This document shows, piece by piece, positions 19,045 through 37,910 of a DNA stretch of 55,759 nucleotides (position 1 is the stretch's first letter; each line of letters begins with the position of its first letter). The notes beneath the pieces were generated by a model. It was not told where the DNA came from. It did not search any database and saw only the letters and a list, made by a program, of their open reading frames with translations. The DNA lies in NCBI GenBank assembly GCA_045267865.1, contig JASFZJ010000045.1, positions 1 through 55,759 of the forward strand. The letters run 5' to 3'. Both the position numbers and the translations under genes were made by a program. This stretch comes from Sulfurovum sp. Its GTDB lineage: Bacteria > Campylobacterota > Campylobacteria > Campylobacterales > Sulfurovaceae.

Positions 19045-19066
19045 AGATTTATCATAGGAGATAATA

Positions 19067-19219
19067 ATGAGAGAAACTGTTCATTTAGGTTGTGAAAAGT
19101 GTACTAGAAGAAACTATCACACGAATAAAAATAAAAAGACTACAACAGAAAAACTTGCTTTGAAAAAGTATTGTAAATGGTGTAAATGTCATACAATTCA
19201 CAAAGAGATGAAGCTTTAA
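19067..19219 (+). CDS. rpmG: 50S ribosomal protein L33 (Zn-binding form)
   Basis: Translated by hand: [24 protein letters not shown]...KKYCKWC...HKEMKL; AGGAG RBS. Confidence 0.96.
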   Translation: MRETVHLGCEKCTRRNYHTNKNKKTTTEKLALKKYCKWCKCHTIHKEMKL

Positions 19220-19294
19220 GCTAAATCATCATATCTTTTGGGTATTATTCAAATCTTGAAAATTATTTGGATAATACCTTTTTAAATTAATTCT

Positions 19295-19370
19295 AGGCCA
19301 ATAGCTCAGTTGGTAGAGCACTGGTCTCCAAAACCAGGTGCCGTGGGTTCGAGTCCCTCTTGGCCTGCCA
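19295..19370 (+). tRNA. tRNA-Trp(CCA)
   Basis: Cloverleaf, loop CTCCAAA, CCA end; canonical position before secE. Confidence 0.97.
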
Positions 19371-19389
19371 CAAAAAAAGGTAACAGATA

Positions 19390-19569
19390 ATGGGAAAAAT
19401 TTCAACATTTATAGCAAACGCAAAGTCAGAAATTCATAAAGTAATATTTCCAACTAAAGTACAAGTAAGACAAGCATTTATAGCAGTTATTCTCGTTGTG
19501 ACTGTAATATCAATATTTTTAGCATTGGTTGATTTCTTAATGTCATCAATCGTATCATCAGTTTTATAG
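19390..19569 (+). CDS. secE: Preprotein translocase subunit SecE
   Basis: Translated by hand: ...EIHKVIFPTK... plus a TM helix; conserved synteny. Confidence 0.95.
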   Translation: MGKISTFIANAKSEIHKVIFPTKVQVRQAFIAVILVVTVISIFLALVDFLMSSIVSSVL

Positions 19570-19578
19570 GAATTTAAA

Positions 19579-20109
19579 ATGGCTTTTCAATGGTACGCAA
19601 TACAAACTTACTCGGGAAGTGAACTATCTGTAAAGAGAGCAATTGAACAACTTGTCATAGATTATGGTATCGAAGAGAAAGTTGAGCGAATTGTAGTTCC
19701 TACAGAAGAGGTAATAGAAGTAAAAGATGGTAAGAAGAAGATAACAGAGAGAACTCTTTACTCAGGGTATGCTTTTGCACAGATAAATTTAGATACAGAC
19801 CTTTGGCATAGGATTCAATCTCTGCCACGAGTATCAAGATTTATTGGTGAACAAAAAACTCCAACAGCTTTAACAGAAGCTGATATTAAAGTTATTTTGG
19901 ACAAGATGGCACAGAAAAATGCACCTCGTCCAAAAGTAGATTTTGAAGATGGCGAAATGGTAAGAATAGTAGATGGTCCTTTTGCAAACTTTACAGGAAT
20001 GGTAGAGGAGTATGACCTAGACCATGGAAAACTGAGACTTAATGTTTCAATTTTTGGTAGAAATACACCTGTAGAGATACTCTATACACAAGTAGAGAAG
20101 ATTTTATAA
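19579..20109 (+). CDS. nusG: Transcription termination/antitermination factor NusG
   Basis: WYAIQTYSG and KOW motif DGPFANF. Confidence 0.98.
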   Translation: MAFQWYAIQTYSGSELSVKRAIEQLVIDYGIEEKVERIVVPTEEVIEVKDGKKKITERTLYSGYAFAQINLDTDLWHRIQSLPRVSRFIGEQKTPTALTEADIKVILDKMAQKNAPRPKVDFEDGEMVRIVDGPFANFTGMVEEYDLDHGKLRLNVSIFGRNTPVEILYTQVEKIL

Positions 20110-20112
20110 AAA

Positions 20113-20140
20113 GGTGCGTTAAAAACAGCACCCTACAAAA
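20113..20140. repeat. Single GTAG-type REP-like hairpin
   Basis: GGTGC-GTTAAAAACA-GCACC-CTACAAAA. Confidence 0.45.
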
Positions 20141-20286
20141 TATTCTCTTATTTTATCTTTCCTAAGGTAGAATGAATAGATGCAAAAATATAAACCTGAG
20201 GCAAATGCCGAAGCTTTAGTGAGATGAATTAAAGAGGAGCTTTGCTTCTCTTTAAGAAGACAAATTATAAAAAAAGGAAACAACAG

Positions 20287-20712
20287 ATGGCAAAAAAGAT
20301 AGCTTTTAAGTTTAAAATGATGATACCAGCTGGAGCAGCAAATCCATCACCACCAGTAGGTCCAGCTCTAGGGCAACGGGGTGTAAATATTATGGAGTTT
20401 TGTAAAGCTTTTAATGAGAAAACAAAAGATAAAGCAGGATTTACAATACCTGTAATCGTTACTGTATATGCAGATAAAAGTTTTACTTTTGTAACTAAAC
20501 AACCACCAGCATCAGACTTAATCAAAAAAGCAGCAGGTATCAAAAAAGGTACAGATAATCCTATCTTGAATAAAGTTGGTTCTATTACAAAAGCTAAACT
20601 TGATGAGATTATAGATCAAAAGATAGTTGACCTTAATACAAATGATAGAGATATGGCTGCAAATATCATAGCTGGGTCTTGTAGAAGTATGGGTGTTGAG
20701 ATAGTAGAATAA
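20287..20712 (+). CDS. rplK: 50S ribosomal protein L11
   Basis: [13 protein letters not shown]. Start moved to ATG 20287 (AAGGA RBS). Confidence 0.98.
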   Translation: MAKKIAFKFKMMIPAGAANPSPPVGPALGQRGVNIMEFCKAFNEKTKDKAGFTIPVIVTVYADKSFTFVTKQPPASDLIKKAAGIKKGTDNPILNKVGSITKAKLDEIIDQKIVDLNTNDRDMAANIIAGSCRSMGVEIVE

Positions 20713-20782
20713 TCTTTAATATTTAAAGATAAATCATAACCACATTGATTAAAATGTGGGAGCATAGAAAGCGGAGAAAAAA

Positions 20783-21487
20783 ATGGCAAAGAAACCAACT
20801 AAAAAAAGAGAAGCTCTACTAAAATTAGTAGATATTACAAAAACATATAATATTGATGAAGCGATGATTGTTCTTAAGACTCTTAAATCAGCAAAATTTG
20901 ATGAGACTGTTGAATTGGCATTAAATTTAAATGTAGATCCTAGACATGCAGACCAGATGGTTAGAGGTTCTGTTGTTCTTCCTCATGGGACTGGTAAAGT
21001 AGTTAGAGTAGCAGTATTTGCAAAAGATGCTAAAGCAGATGAAGCTAAAGCAGCTGGTGCTGACTTGGTAGGTTCAACTGAATTGATTGAGCAAATTCAA
21101 GCTGGTAATATTAACTTTGATACTGTTATTGCTACTCCTGATATGATGGGTACACTTGGGAAAGTAGCTAGAATATTAGGACCAAAAGGTCTTATGCCAA
21201 ATCCTAAAACAGGAACAGTTACTATGGATGTGGCTAAAGCTGTTAAGAATGCTAAAGGTGGACAGGTAAACTTTAGAGTAGATAAAAAAGGAAATATCCA
21301 CGCAGGTATTGGTAAAGTATCTTTTGAGTTAGAGCATATCAAAGAGAACTTTTTAACGCTTCTTACTATGATAAATAGAGCTAAACCAGCTGTTTCAAAA
21401 GGTAGATTTATCACAAACGGTGCTTTGTCACTTACAATGAGTCCATCAATTAAACTTGATACTACAGAGCTTATGGATTTAAAATAA
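20783..21487 (+). CDS. rplA: 50S ribosomal protein L1
   Basis: AKFDETVE and [11 protein letters not shown]. Confidence 0.98.
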   Translation: MAKKPTKKREALLKLVDITKTYNIDEAMIVLKTLKSAKFDETVELALNLNVDPRHADQMVRGSVVLPHGTGKVVRVAVFAKDAKADEAKAAGADLVGSTELIEQIQAGNINFDTVIATPDMMGTLGKVARILGPKGLMPNPKTGTVTMDVAKAVKNAKGGQVNFRVDKKGNIHAGIGKVSFELEHIKENFLTLLTMINRAKPAVSKGRFITNGALSLTMSPSIKLDTTELMDLK

Positions 21488-21509
21488 TTATCTAACTTTT
21501 CTCTTATAT

Positions 21510-21539
21510 TCGTTCCCATGCTATGCGTGGGAATGCATA
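21510..21539. repeat. 30-nt palindromic element (TCGTT-stem-AATGCATA family)
   Basis: TCGTTCCCATGC-TAT-GCGTGGGAATGCATA; resembles CGTTCCCACGC..GCGTGGGAATGCA REP-like repeats. Confidence 0.65.
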
Positions 21540-21599
21540 TATTTTCAATCAAGAGTTATAAATTAACTTTTGTTTGAGGGTAACTACCACTCATAATCT

Positions 21600-21695
21600 T
21601 AGATTAAAGATAATAGGGGCTTTGAGCTTAATAATTTTACTTGAAAGAGTAGAAATAGTTAAATTTATTTAACACCCTTTTAGAAATCGGAAGGA
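21600..21695 (+). promoter_or_regulatory. Probable L10 leader
   Basis: Position before rplJ and an AAGA..AGG motif. Structure not verified. Confidence 0.35.
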
Positions 21696-21701
21696 GAATA
21701 T

Positions 21702-22187
21702 ATGACTAGAACTAGAAAAGAAGAACTTGTTGCACAGATGACTCAAGAGTTTAAATCTGCTGGAGCTATCATCGTTTGTAATTACAAAGGTATGAGTGTT
21801 GAAAATCTTGAAATCGTAAGAAATATGGCTAAAGATGAAGACACTAAAGTGCAAGTTGTTAAGAATAAACTAGCACAAATTGCATTAATAAATGCAGGAT
21901 GTGAAGCAGTTACATTTAACGACACTAACCTTGTAATCTGGGGTGATGCACAAGTAACACCTTGTAAGATAGCAGACTTAGCATCTGATAAATTTTCAGA
22001 TAACTTTGAGATTAAAACAGGTTTAATCCAAGGTGAAGTTGCGTCGATGGAAACTATCAATGCAATGGCTAAATTACCTACTAGAGATGTACTTATTGGA
22101 ATGTTGCTTAATGTTTGGAATGCACCAGTACAGAACTTCACTATCGGTATGGACGCACTATCTAAAAAATTAGAAGAAGAGGCGTAG
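21702..22187 (+). CDS. rplJ: 50S ribosomal protein L10
   Basis: VVKNKLA and AKLPTRD; synteny. Confidence 0.97.
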   Translation: MTRTRKEELVAQMTQEFKSAGAIIVCNYKGMSVENLEIVRNMAKDEDTKVQVVKNKLAQIALINAGCEAVTFNDTNLVIWGDAQVTPCKIADLASDKFSDNFEIKTGLIQGEVASMETINAMAKLPTRDVLIGMLLNVWNAPVQNFTIGMDALSKKLEEEA

Positions 22188-22249
22188 AAAAGTAGGTTCG
22201 ATTTTATCGAACTTATTTAAAATTAAATATATAATATTAAGGAAATAAT

Positions 22250-22618
22250 ATGGCAACAACTAAAGAAGATGTTCTTGAGTTTATCTCAAATATGTCAGTA
22301 CTAGAGCTCTCAGAGCTTGTAAAAGAATTTGAAGAAAAATTTGGTGTTTCAGCTCAAGCTACAGTAGTAGCTGATGGTGGAGCAGCAGTAGAAGCTGTTG
22401 AAGAGCAGACTGAGTTTGATGTTGTTCTTACAGGTGCTGGTGAGAAGAAAATTAATGCTATTAAAGTAGTAAGAGCAATTACTGGTCTTGGACTTAAAGA
22501 GGCTAAAGGTGCTGTTGAAGGTGTACCTTCTGTACTTAAAGAAGCTGTTTCTAAAGAAGAAGCTGAAGCTTTCAAAAAACAAATCGAAGAAGCTGGTGCT
22601 TCTTGTGAGCTTAAATAA
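22250..22618 (+). CDS. rplL: 50S ribosomal protein L7/L12
   Basis: [10 protein letters not shown] and GLGLKEAK. Confidence 0.98.
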   Translation: MATTKEDVLEFISNMSVLELSELVKEFEEKFGVSAQATVVADGGAAVEAVEEQTEFDVVLTGAGEKKINAIKVVRAITGLGLKEAKGAVEGVPSVLKEAVSKEEAEAFKKQIEEAGASCELK

Positions 22619-22635
22619 TTTTATTATTATAAGCG

Positions 22636-22658
22636 AGTCTAGGCATTGTGCCTAGATT
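22636..22658 (+). terminator. Hairpin between rplL and rpoB
   Basis: AGTCTAGGCA-TTG-TGCCTAGATT; no strong U-tract. Confidence 0.45.
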
Positions 22659-22776
22659 CACCTAACTACATTTGATATAGCGATAAACTATATGGAGACA
22701 TTTTCATACCCTCACAATATAGTTTTTTTGTATATCTAATACATTTCAAACACTAATTTACTACAAACCATATTAA

Positions 22777-31478
<8,702 letters not shown>

Positions 31479-31537
31479 GGGACTACTTCGCTTTAGCAGT
31501 AGAGAGGCTTTCTCTTTATAGGCAGACTCAGGTTAGT

Positions 31538-31572
31538 AAGCCCAACGGTCTTTAGCCGTTGGGTAGTTCCAC
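31538..31572 (+). mobile_element. Isolated IS200/IS605-like end hairpin (PATE-like)
   Basis: AAGCCCAACGG-TCTTTAG-CCGTTGGGTAGTTCCAC resembles AAGCCC..CTTTAG..GGGTAGTTCAC element ends. Confidence 0.5.
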
Positions 31573-32151
31573 CTCTCCAATAGCCTCTTTTATATCATAC
31601 TCTATCATTTCTATAGGTACTCTTCCCTCGTAATAAGCAAAATATCTTCCCTCTACAAATATTGCTACTAATGGTATATCGTGATTTTTGGGTAGTTTTA
31701 GAGTTTTTACCAATAGATTTGCAAAGTCATTGTTTGATGGGCTAGTTGAGAGGAAGTATTTTATTTTATGTTTTTTTTGTAACTCTTCTATCTGTGTGCT
31801 ATTTAGCTCATCATTGACATTTACTCCTACTATAAATATATCTTTGGAGTATTTTTCTTGTAGTATATTTATATATTCAATATTGTCCATACATGGCTTA
31901 CACCATGAAGCAAATAGGTTGATTAATAATATTCCTTGTTGTGGAGTATGAAATATCACTTTATTGTTAGAAATTGTTACTTTTTGAGGTTCATTTTGAA
32001 TATTGTAGAGTATGAATGAGTCTATCTTACTTAAATTATCTTCTATTAAAATAATCTTTTTTTCTTTTTCGTATTTTTTCTCTTCTATTTTGTCACTACA
32101 GCCCACAAAAAATAACAATAGTGCTATAAAAAAAAGATAAGTTTTAGACAC
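31552..32151 (-). CDS. TlpA-like thioredoxin-fold lipoprotein
   Basis: Lipobox FVGC and NLFASWCKPC. Confidence 0.88.
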   Translation of the reverse strand: MSKTYLFFIALLLFFVGCSDKIEEKKYEKEKKIILIEDNLSKIDSFILYNIQNEPQKVTISNNKVIFHTPQQGILLINLFASWCKPCMDNIEYINILQEKYSKDIFIVGVNVNDELNSTQIEELQKKHKIKYFLSTSPSNNDFANLLVKTLKLPKNHDIPLVAIFVEGRYFAYYEGRVPIEMIEYDIKEAIGEVELPNG

Positions 32152-32211
32152 ACTGTTCCTTTGGGTATAATTATGAGTGCAATTATATCAAAATTAGGAT
32201 TAAGAGAGTAG

Positions 32212-32781
32212 ATGAGTATTACTAAAAATGATAGAAAAAAATTATTTAGAAAAGAGTGCTTAAGTGAGTTGAAAAAAGAGCAAAAGAGAGGTAGTTACAG
32301 AAAAGATAAAGATATATTGGGTATATTATACCAATTGGTTGAGAGATACAATGCAAAGAGTATTATGTTATATATCCCTTTATCTATAGAGGTCAATATC
32401 TATCCTCTTATTAATCGCTTACGAAAAGAGCAAAAAACTATCTTTGTCCCATTTATGGAGGGTGATAGTTTTAGATTGGTAAAATATAGATTACCATTAA
32501 AGAAAAAACAATTTGGAATAAAAGAACCCAATAATTCAAAACAGTATAGAAGAAGAGATTTAGATTTAGCTATCGTACCTATAGTTGGAATAGATGTGAG
32601 TGAAAAACGCATTGGATTTGGCAAAGGTATGTATGATAGATTTTTTGAAAAAGAGAATGAAAATATAAAAAAGACGATTTTTGTATCGCGTAAATTATGT
32701 AGAAGTTTAGATATTTTAACAGATAATTATGATATCAAAGCAGACATAATTGTAACATACAAAAGAGTCTATCAAGGATAA
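32212..32781 (+). CDS. 5-formyltetrahydrofolate cyclo-ligase
   Basis: FGIKEP, AIVPIVG and RIGFGKGMYDR. Confidence 0.93.
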   Translation: MSITKNDRKKLFRKECLSELKKEQKRGSYRKDKDILGILYQLVERYNAKSIMLYIPLSIEVNIYPLINRLRKEQKTIFVPFMEGDSFRLVKYRLPLKKKQFGIKEPNNSKQYRRRDLDLAIVPIVGIDVSEKRIGFGKGMYDRFFEKENENIKKTIFVSRKLCRSLDILTDNYDIKADIIVTYKRVYQG

Positions 32782-32785
32782 CAGA

Positions 32786-34312
32786 ATGTTAGGAATAATA
32801 GGCACAACAGGTGCCGTGGGCGTAGTAGTGGGTGCAGGAGTATCATATCTACTACTCAATAGAAATAGTAAAATGAGATTTCGGCATATTGAGCTAGAAG
32901 TCAAAGCAAAAGCAAAAGCGATAGAAAATGAAGCAGAACTTCTACTCAAATCTACTCATGTAAAGATGAAAGAGAGAGAACTAGCACAAGAAGAGCTATT
33001 CCAAAAGAAGATGGTAAAAGTAGATAAACAGAGTCGTGAGCTAATAATAGAGACTAGAGATATAAGAGCTAAATCTAAAGAGATAGATAGCCTCAAAGAG
33101 AAACTTATTGATAGAGAGAGTGAGGTAGATGAACTTGAAGCTATAAAGAGGAAAGAGATAGAGATAGTATTGGATAAAATGGAAGATATAGCCTCTCTCA
33201 CCAAAGAGGAAGCAAAAGCTTATATTTTAGAAAAAGTAGAAGAGAGTAGCCGTGCAGAAGTAGCAGGGATAGTTCGTAAATATGAGAGAATAGCCAAAGA
33301 AGATGGTGAGAAGAATGCCAACTATATATTGGCTCAAGCCACCACAAGGTATGCAGGTGAGTTTGCAGGTGAGAGATTGATAAATCTTGTAAATCTTCCA
33401 AGTGATGAACACAAAGGTCGCATCATCGGCAAAGAGGGTCGAAATATCAAGACTCTTGAGATGCTTTTGGGTGTGGATATTGTAGTAGATGATACTCCTG
33501 GTGTGATTATTGTGAGTAGTTTTAATCTATATAGAAGAGCAATTGCTACACGAGTGATAGAGATATTGGTAGAAGATGGACGCATACACCCAGGACGAAT
33601 AGAAGAGGTGCATGAGAAAGTTGAGAGAGAGTTTGAGCAGAAGACATTTGAAGAGGGGGAGAATATCATTATAGATTGGGGACTATTCCCAATGCATAAA
33701 GAGTTGATACGGCTTATTGGTAAGCTCAAATATCGTGCTAGTTATGGACAAAATGCTCTAGCTCATACGCTAGAAGTGGCAAGACTTGCACAGATAATGA
33801 CAGCCGAAATGGGTGGAGATGAGAAACTTGCCCTAAGAGCAGGACTTTTGCACGATATAGGTAAAGCTCTCACACAAGAACAAGGTGGCTCACATGTAGA
33901 TATAGGTGTAGCATTATGTCGCAAATATAAAGAACATCCGACCGTTATAAACGCCATATACGCACACCACGGATACGAAGAGCCAGACTCCGTAGAGAGT
34001 GCATCAGTATGTGCAGGAGATAAGCTCTCAGCAGCGAGACCAGGGGCTAGACGAGAAGTATTGGAGAACTTTACCAAGAGAGTAAAAGAGATAGAAGATA
34101 TAGCCACAAGTAGAGAGTTCGTGAGTAAAGCCTATGCCATAAACGCAGGACGAGAGATACGAGTTTTTGTCAATGCACAAAAGATGAGTGATAATGAAGC
34201 TGTATTATTGAGTAAAGAGATAGCCAAGGAGATAGAAGAGAAAGTCCAATTCCCTGGTGAGATAAAAGTCAATGTGATACGAGAGAGTAGAGCCGTTCAC
34301 TACGCTAAATAA
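32786..34312 (+). CDS. rny: Ribonuclease Y
   Basis: TM, coiled coil, KH domain (GRIIGKEGRNI) and HD domain (LLHDIGK). Confidence 0.97.
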   Translation: MLGIIGTTGAVGVVVGAGVSYLLLNRNSKMRFRHIELEVKAKAKAIENEAELLLKSTHVKMKERELAQEELFQKKMVKVDKQSRELIIETRDIRAKSKEIDSLKEKLIDRESEVDELEAIKRKEIEIVLDKMEDIASLTKEEAKAYILEKVEESSRAEVAGIVRKYERIAKEDGEKNANYILAQATTRYAGEFAGERLINLVNLPSDEHKGRIIGKEGRNIKTLEMLLGVDIVVDDTPGVIIVSSFNLYRRAIATRVIEILVEDGRIHPGRIEEVHEKVEREFEQKTFEEGENIIIDWGLFPMHKELIRLIGKLKYRASYGQNALAHTLEVARLAQIMTAEMGGDEKLALRAGLLHDIGKALTQEQGGSHVDIGVALCRKYKEHPTVINAIYAHHGYEEPDSVESASVCAGDKLSAARPGARREVLENFTKRVKEIEDIATSREFVSKAYAINAGREIRVFVNAQKMSDNEAVLLSKEIAKEIEEKVQFPGEIKVNVIRESRAVHYAK

Positions 34313-34333
34313 AAATTAAAAAAGGAGAGTAAA

Positions 34334-34963
34334 ATGGAAAATAAGTTTATGGAAGCAATGGATTTTCGCCATGCATGTAAAGTCTTTGATGAGACCAAAA
34401 AAATATCTGATGAGGATATGCATATCATACTTGAAACTGGAAGAAAATCTCCATCATCTTTTGGTATGGAAGCGTGGAAGTTTTTGGTTATCACCAATGA
34501 AGAGCTTCAATCCAAAATTAGACAAGTATGCTGGAACCAAGTTCAAGTAACAAGCTGTTCACATCTAGTAATATTATTAGCAGGGATAGATAGTGTCAAA
34601 GTAAGTTCAGGTGAGGTAGAGAAGAGATTTGCAAGACGAGAGATGAGCAAAGAGCAGTTGGATGGGTATATCAATCTCTATGCAGACCATCTTTCAGACA
34701 TATTAAACACTGATGAAAATATCTACAAATGGACATCAAAACAGGCATATATCGCTTCTGGAAATATGATGACAGCAGGAGCATTTTTGGGAATAGATTC
34801 ATGTCCAATAGAAGGCTTTGATAAAGAGAAACTTGAAGAAGTGTTAAATCTTGATACTACCAAACATCAAGTAGCTTTAGTATTGCCTTTTGGATATAGA
34901 ATAAACCCTCAATCAGAGCAGTTGAGATTAGAATTTGATGAGGTTGTAGAGTTTATGAAATAG
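34334..34963 (+). CDS. NAD(P)H nitroreductase family protein
   Basis: RHACKVFD, SPSSFG and DSCPIEGF. Confidence 0.93.
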   Translation: MENKFMEAMDFRHACKVFDETKKISDEDMHIILETGRKSPSSFGMEAWKFLVITNEELQSKIRQVCWNQVQVTSCSHLVILLAGIDSVKVSSGEVEKRFARREMSKEQLDGYINLYADHLSDILNTDENIYKWTSKQAYIASGNMMTAGAFLGIDSCPIEGFDKEKLEEVLNLDTTKHQVALVLPFGYRINPQSEQLRLEFDEVVEFMK

Positions 34964-35001
34964 TAAATATCAAATATCAAATATATAGAATAGGAAGAAG
35001 T

Positions 35002-35928
35002 TTAATACTTCTTATTCTTATAAACCAACAAATCTTTTTCATTCAAATTATCAAGTAATAGAGATAAATCCTCTCCTGATAATAGTATCATTTTCTCATC
35101 TTCACTTTCCAAAATTTCAGAAGCAAATCCATTTTTTGAAAAAAGAATATAATTTTCTATCTTTAATTTAGCTATTTTAGAATTTTCTTTTAATCTCTCA
35201 ATCATATTTATATTGGCTACCTCTTTAGAGTATTTACAAGCACCTGCTACAATCTTGCCTGACTTACTTTTAGCTAGTATCTCTATATTTATCTTTTTGT
35301 CATAATAACTACCCATAGATACTATAGGGTCATCTTCAAACTTACTAGCGATGCGTTGAAGAACAAGTTCTCGCACAAGTAAATTACTTAATAAAATAGA
35401 AAAGTTCTCTCTCATTTTCATCCATTTTTCTTTAACTTCACTAAAATCACCCTTAGCTATACTCTTATAGTTAGGAGAAATTATAGCAAACCAAAAACGC
35501 ATAAAAGGAAGAGAAAAAAGCAATCTATCAGACTTCTCATTACTCTCTTGAAATGGTTTTTCAATAGACAAATCAAATTTAAGAAGGCTCTTTTTCTCCA
35601 AGTAATCTATAGCATCTTCACCCTTATCTCTCCCTATCTTAGCTTTTTTAAACACATCATGCTCATACTCCACACCCAATGCCACAATAGATAATAGCTT
35701 ATGATAGACAGGATTATTATGTGTATATCTTGTCATACTTTTATGCAAAGCTTCATAGTTAGAGAGTATTTTATCTTCGATAAGAGCTTCTACAGATTTA
35801 GAAGTATTTACACGCCATCCAGTACCACCAAAGACGGTAAAATATTCCAAAGCCGTATCAAAATCTTTGATATTATTCTCATAAGCGAAAGAGCGAAAAT
35901 GTTGTAAAAGTCTTGTGTGTTTGGACAT
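35002..35928 (-). CDS. DUF234-domain protein (wHTH plus degenerate PD-(D/E)XK-like C-terminus)
   Basis: VFGG, PFMRFWF, EILAK..GACKY and YILFSKNGF. Confidence 0.75.
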   Translation of the reverse strand: MSKHTRLLQHFRSFAYENNIKDFDTALEYFTVFGGTGWRVNTSKSVEALIEDKILSNYEALHKSMTRYTHNNPVYHKLLSIVALGVEYEHDVFKKAKIGRDKGEDAIDYLEKKSLLKFDLSIEKPFQESNEKSDRLLFSLPFMRFWFAIISPNYKSIAKGDFSEVKEKWMKMRENFSILLSNLLVRELVLQRIASKFEDDPIVSMGSYYDKKINIEILAKSKSGKIVAGACKYSKEVANINMIERLKENSKIAKLKIENYILFSKNGFASEILESEDEKMILLSGEDLSLLLDNLNEKDLLVYKNKKY

Positions 35929-35968
35929 AGGTTAGCCTTATTTTAGATTTTTGCTTATGACTATTATA

Positions 35969-37141
35969 CTATTTTATAGAATATTTAATCAAACTCTCTA
36001 AAATCGCACTAATATCACTCCTCTGCTTTATCCGACAAGGCTTTAACAGACCGTGTTGCAATACTCTTTTGGTCAAATTAAAATCTTCTACTATCGTTAT
36101 ACCCTCTATCGCTTGGAAAATATCTCTTTGGTTAAAATAGTGTTTTCCTGATATAATTTTACAGCCAAATTGGGCTGGTTCTCCTGCATTGTGTCCTCCG
36201 ATTGGAGCGAAAGCTCCTCCTAATATCACTATATCACTTATAGCGTAGATGTTTACGAGTTCGCCTAGTGTATCTACCAATATTATGTCACTTGTAAGGC
36301 TTTGGTTTTGTGAATATCTTTGAGTCGTATATTTTGAAGTAGCGAACTCCTCTATCATCGTGTTTACTTTCTCAAATCTCTCTGGGTGTCTTGGGACTAT
36401 GATAAGTTTTGTATTTGGTTCATCTTTGCAAAGTGCATCAAAAGCTTTGAGGATAAGCTCCTCTTCGCCCTCGTGGGTACTCGCTCCACATAATATCAAG
36501 CCTGATGGTTTGGTTAGGTTTTGTGTGGGTGATGAGAGTTTGGAGAGTTTGATATTTCCTGTGATGGTGATATTTTTTGCTCCTAGTGACTCTAATCTCT
36601 GGGCATCTTTTTGGGTTTGTGCAAACACTTCATCTATATTGTTGAAGATTTTTTTATAAAACCATCGTATTTTGTAGTATTTGTGATATGACCTATCGCT
36701 CATTCTAGCGTTTATGAGGATTATTTTTGCCCCTCTACTTCGTGCTAAAGCAAAGAGCAGATACCAAAACTCTGCTTCCATCACCACAAGAGCCTTTTGA
36801 GGTGTTGTCCAAAACCACAATAGCCACTCAAAAGGCAGATACTGTGACTCTGTTGTATATTCTTGTATCGCTTTGTAACCTGTATTTGTGGTAGTTGTCA
36901 TTCGTAATAGTTCTTGTGGTAGCGTATCAACTATCGGCTTAATCGCTTTTGCTTCACCGAAACTACACGAGTGAAACCAAATACCATTGGGCTTTAATCG
37001 GCTGTTTTGCCATAAGAAAAATCTAGCAGGAATGGATTGTCTGTATTTATCTTTGAGGGATATTATGAGGAGTAATGGGAGTGCTATTATATACAAAAAT
37101 AGCATCAAGAGAGTATAAAGAAGAGAAAAAATCTTCTCCAT
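35969..37141 (-). CDS. waaA: 3-deoxy-D-manno-octulosonic acid (Kdo) transferase
   Basis: WFHSCSFGE, NARMSDRS, VPRHPERF and GGHN. Start moved to ATG 37141. Confidence 0.95.
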   Translation of the reverse strand: MEKIFSLLYTLLMLFLYIIALPLLLIISLKDKYRQSIPARFFLWQNSRLKPNGIWFHSCSFGEAKAIKPIVDTLPQELLRMTTTTNTGYKAIQEYTTESQYLPFEWLLWFWTTPQKALVVMEAEFWYLLFALARSRGAKIILINARMSDRSYHKYYKIRWFYKKIFNNIDEVFAQTQKDAQRLESLGAKNITITGNIKLSKLSSPTQNLTKPSGLILCGASTHEGEEELILKAFDALCKDEPNTKLIIVPRHPERFEKVNTMIEEFATSKYTTQRYSQNQSLTSDIILVDTLGELVNIYAISDIVILGGAFAPIGGHNAGEPAQFGCKIISGKHYFNQRDIFQAIEGITIVEDFNLTKRVLQHGLLKPCRIKQRSDISAILESLIKYSIK

Positions 37142-37151
37142 ATTTTCTTCT

Positions 37152-37871
37152 TTATGCTTCTGCTGAAACTGGCTCGATATAGATAATTCTTCCACAGTGA
37201 GGGCAGTTACAAATTTCACTACCTTTAATCACTTCAGAGTATGTCTTATCATTTAGTTTCATATAACAGCCATAACAAGCCTGTTTTTTAATAGAAACAA
37301 CAGCTGTATTTCCTGCCCAAATACGGATTTTTTCATAAAATGCAAGTACTTTTTGCTCTAGGTTTCTGCTAATCTCTTCTCTTTTGACGAAAAGCTCACC
37401 TTTACTTACCTCTATCTCTGCTTTTTTCGCCGAACCCTCTTCACTCACTATTTTATACTGTGCGTTAAGTTCAGATACTTTGGCAGTTAGCTCATCGACA
37501 AGTTCTTTTTTGGTATTGTTAATATTTTGAAGTCTATCTATCTCTTCATTGGCAAAAGTCATCTTCTCTTTGGCAATCTCTTCTTCCAAAGATAGAGCTT
37601 TCATCTCTTTTTCATTTGAGATTTTTTTTGTTTTTTTGGTATTTTCTCTCAACTGCTCATTGAGAAGTGTAAGCTGATTATCAAAAGTTTTTACTTTTTT
37701 ATCATTATCTAAAATAGACTCATTGAGTTTATTAAGCTCATCTGTAGCTGTTTTAAGCTTCTTCTCAACACGAGATACTTTTTTGTCTATCGCTTCTAAC
37801 TGAGGATTATAACCATCTATCGCTTGGTCATTTTTGGAGAGTTCTATAAGCTCTTTTAAGTGTATGTTCAA
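37152..37871 (-). CDS. Coiled-coil C4 zinc-ribbon protein (HP0958-like)
   Basis: Long coiled coil plus CYGC...CPHCGR. Confidence 0.9.
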   Translation of the reverse strand: MNIHLKELIELSKNDQAIDGYNPQLEAIDKKVSRVEKKLKTATDELNKLNESILDNDKKVKTFDNQLTLLNEQLRENTKKTKKISNEKEMKALSLEEEIAKEKMTFANEEIDRLQNINNTKKELVDELTAKVSELNAQYKIVSEEGSAKKAEIEVSKGELFVKREEISRNLEQKVLAFYEKIRIWAGNTAVVSIKKQACYGCYMKLNDKTYSEVIKGSEICNCPHCGRIIYIEPVSAEA

Positions 37872-37910
37872 TCTATTTCCTTTAAGTTTCAGGGGTGATG
37901 CATATCGATT

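Noticed and set aside
35002-35928. DUF234 protein as a possible defence nuclease
   Set aside because: The catalytic motif looks degenerate, there is no ATPase domain or partner gene, and it sits among core genes.
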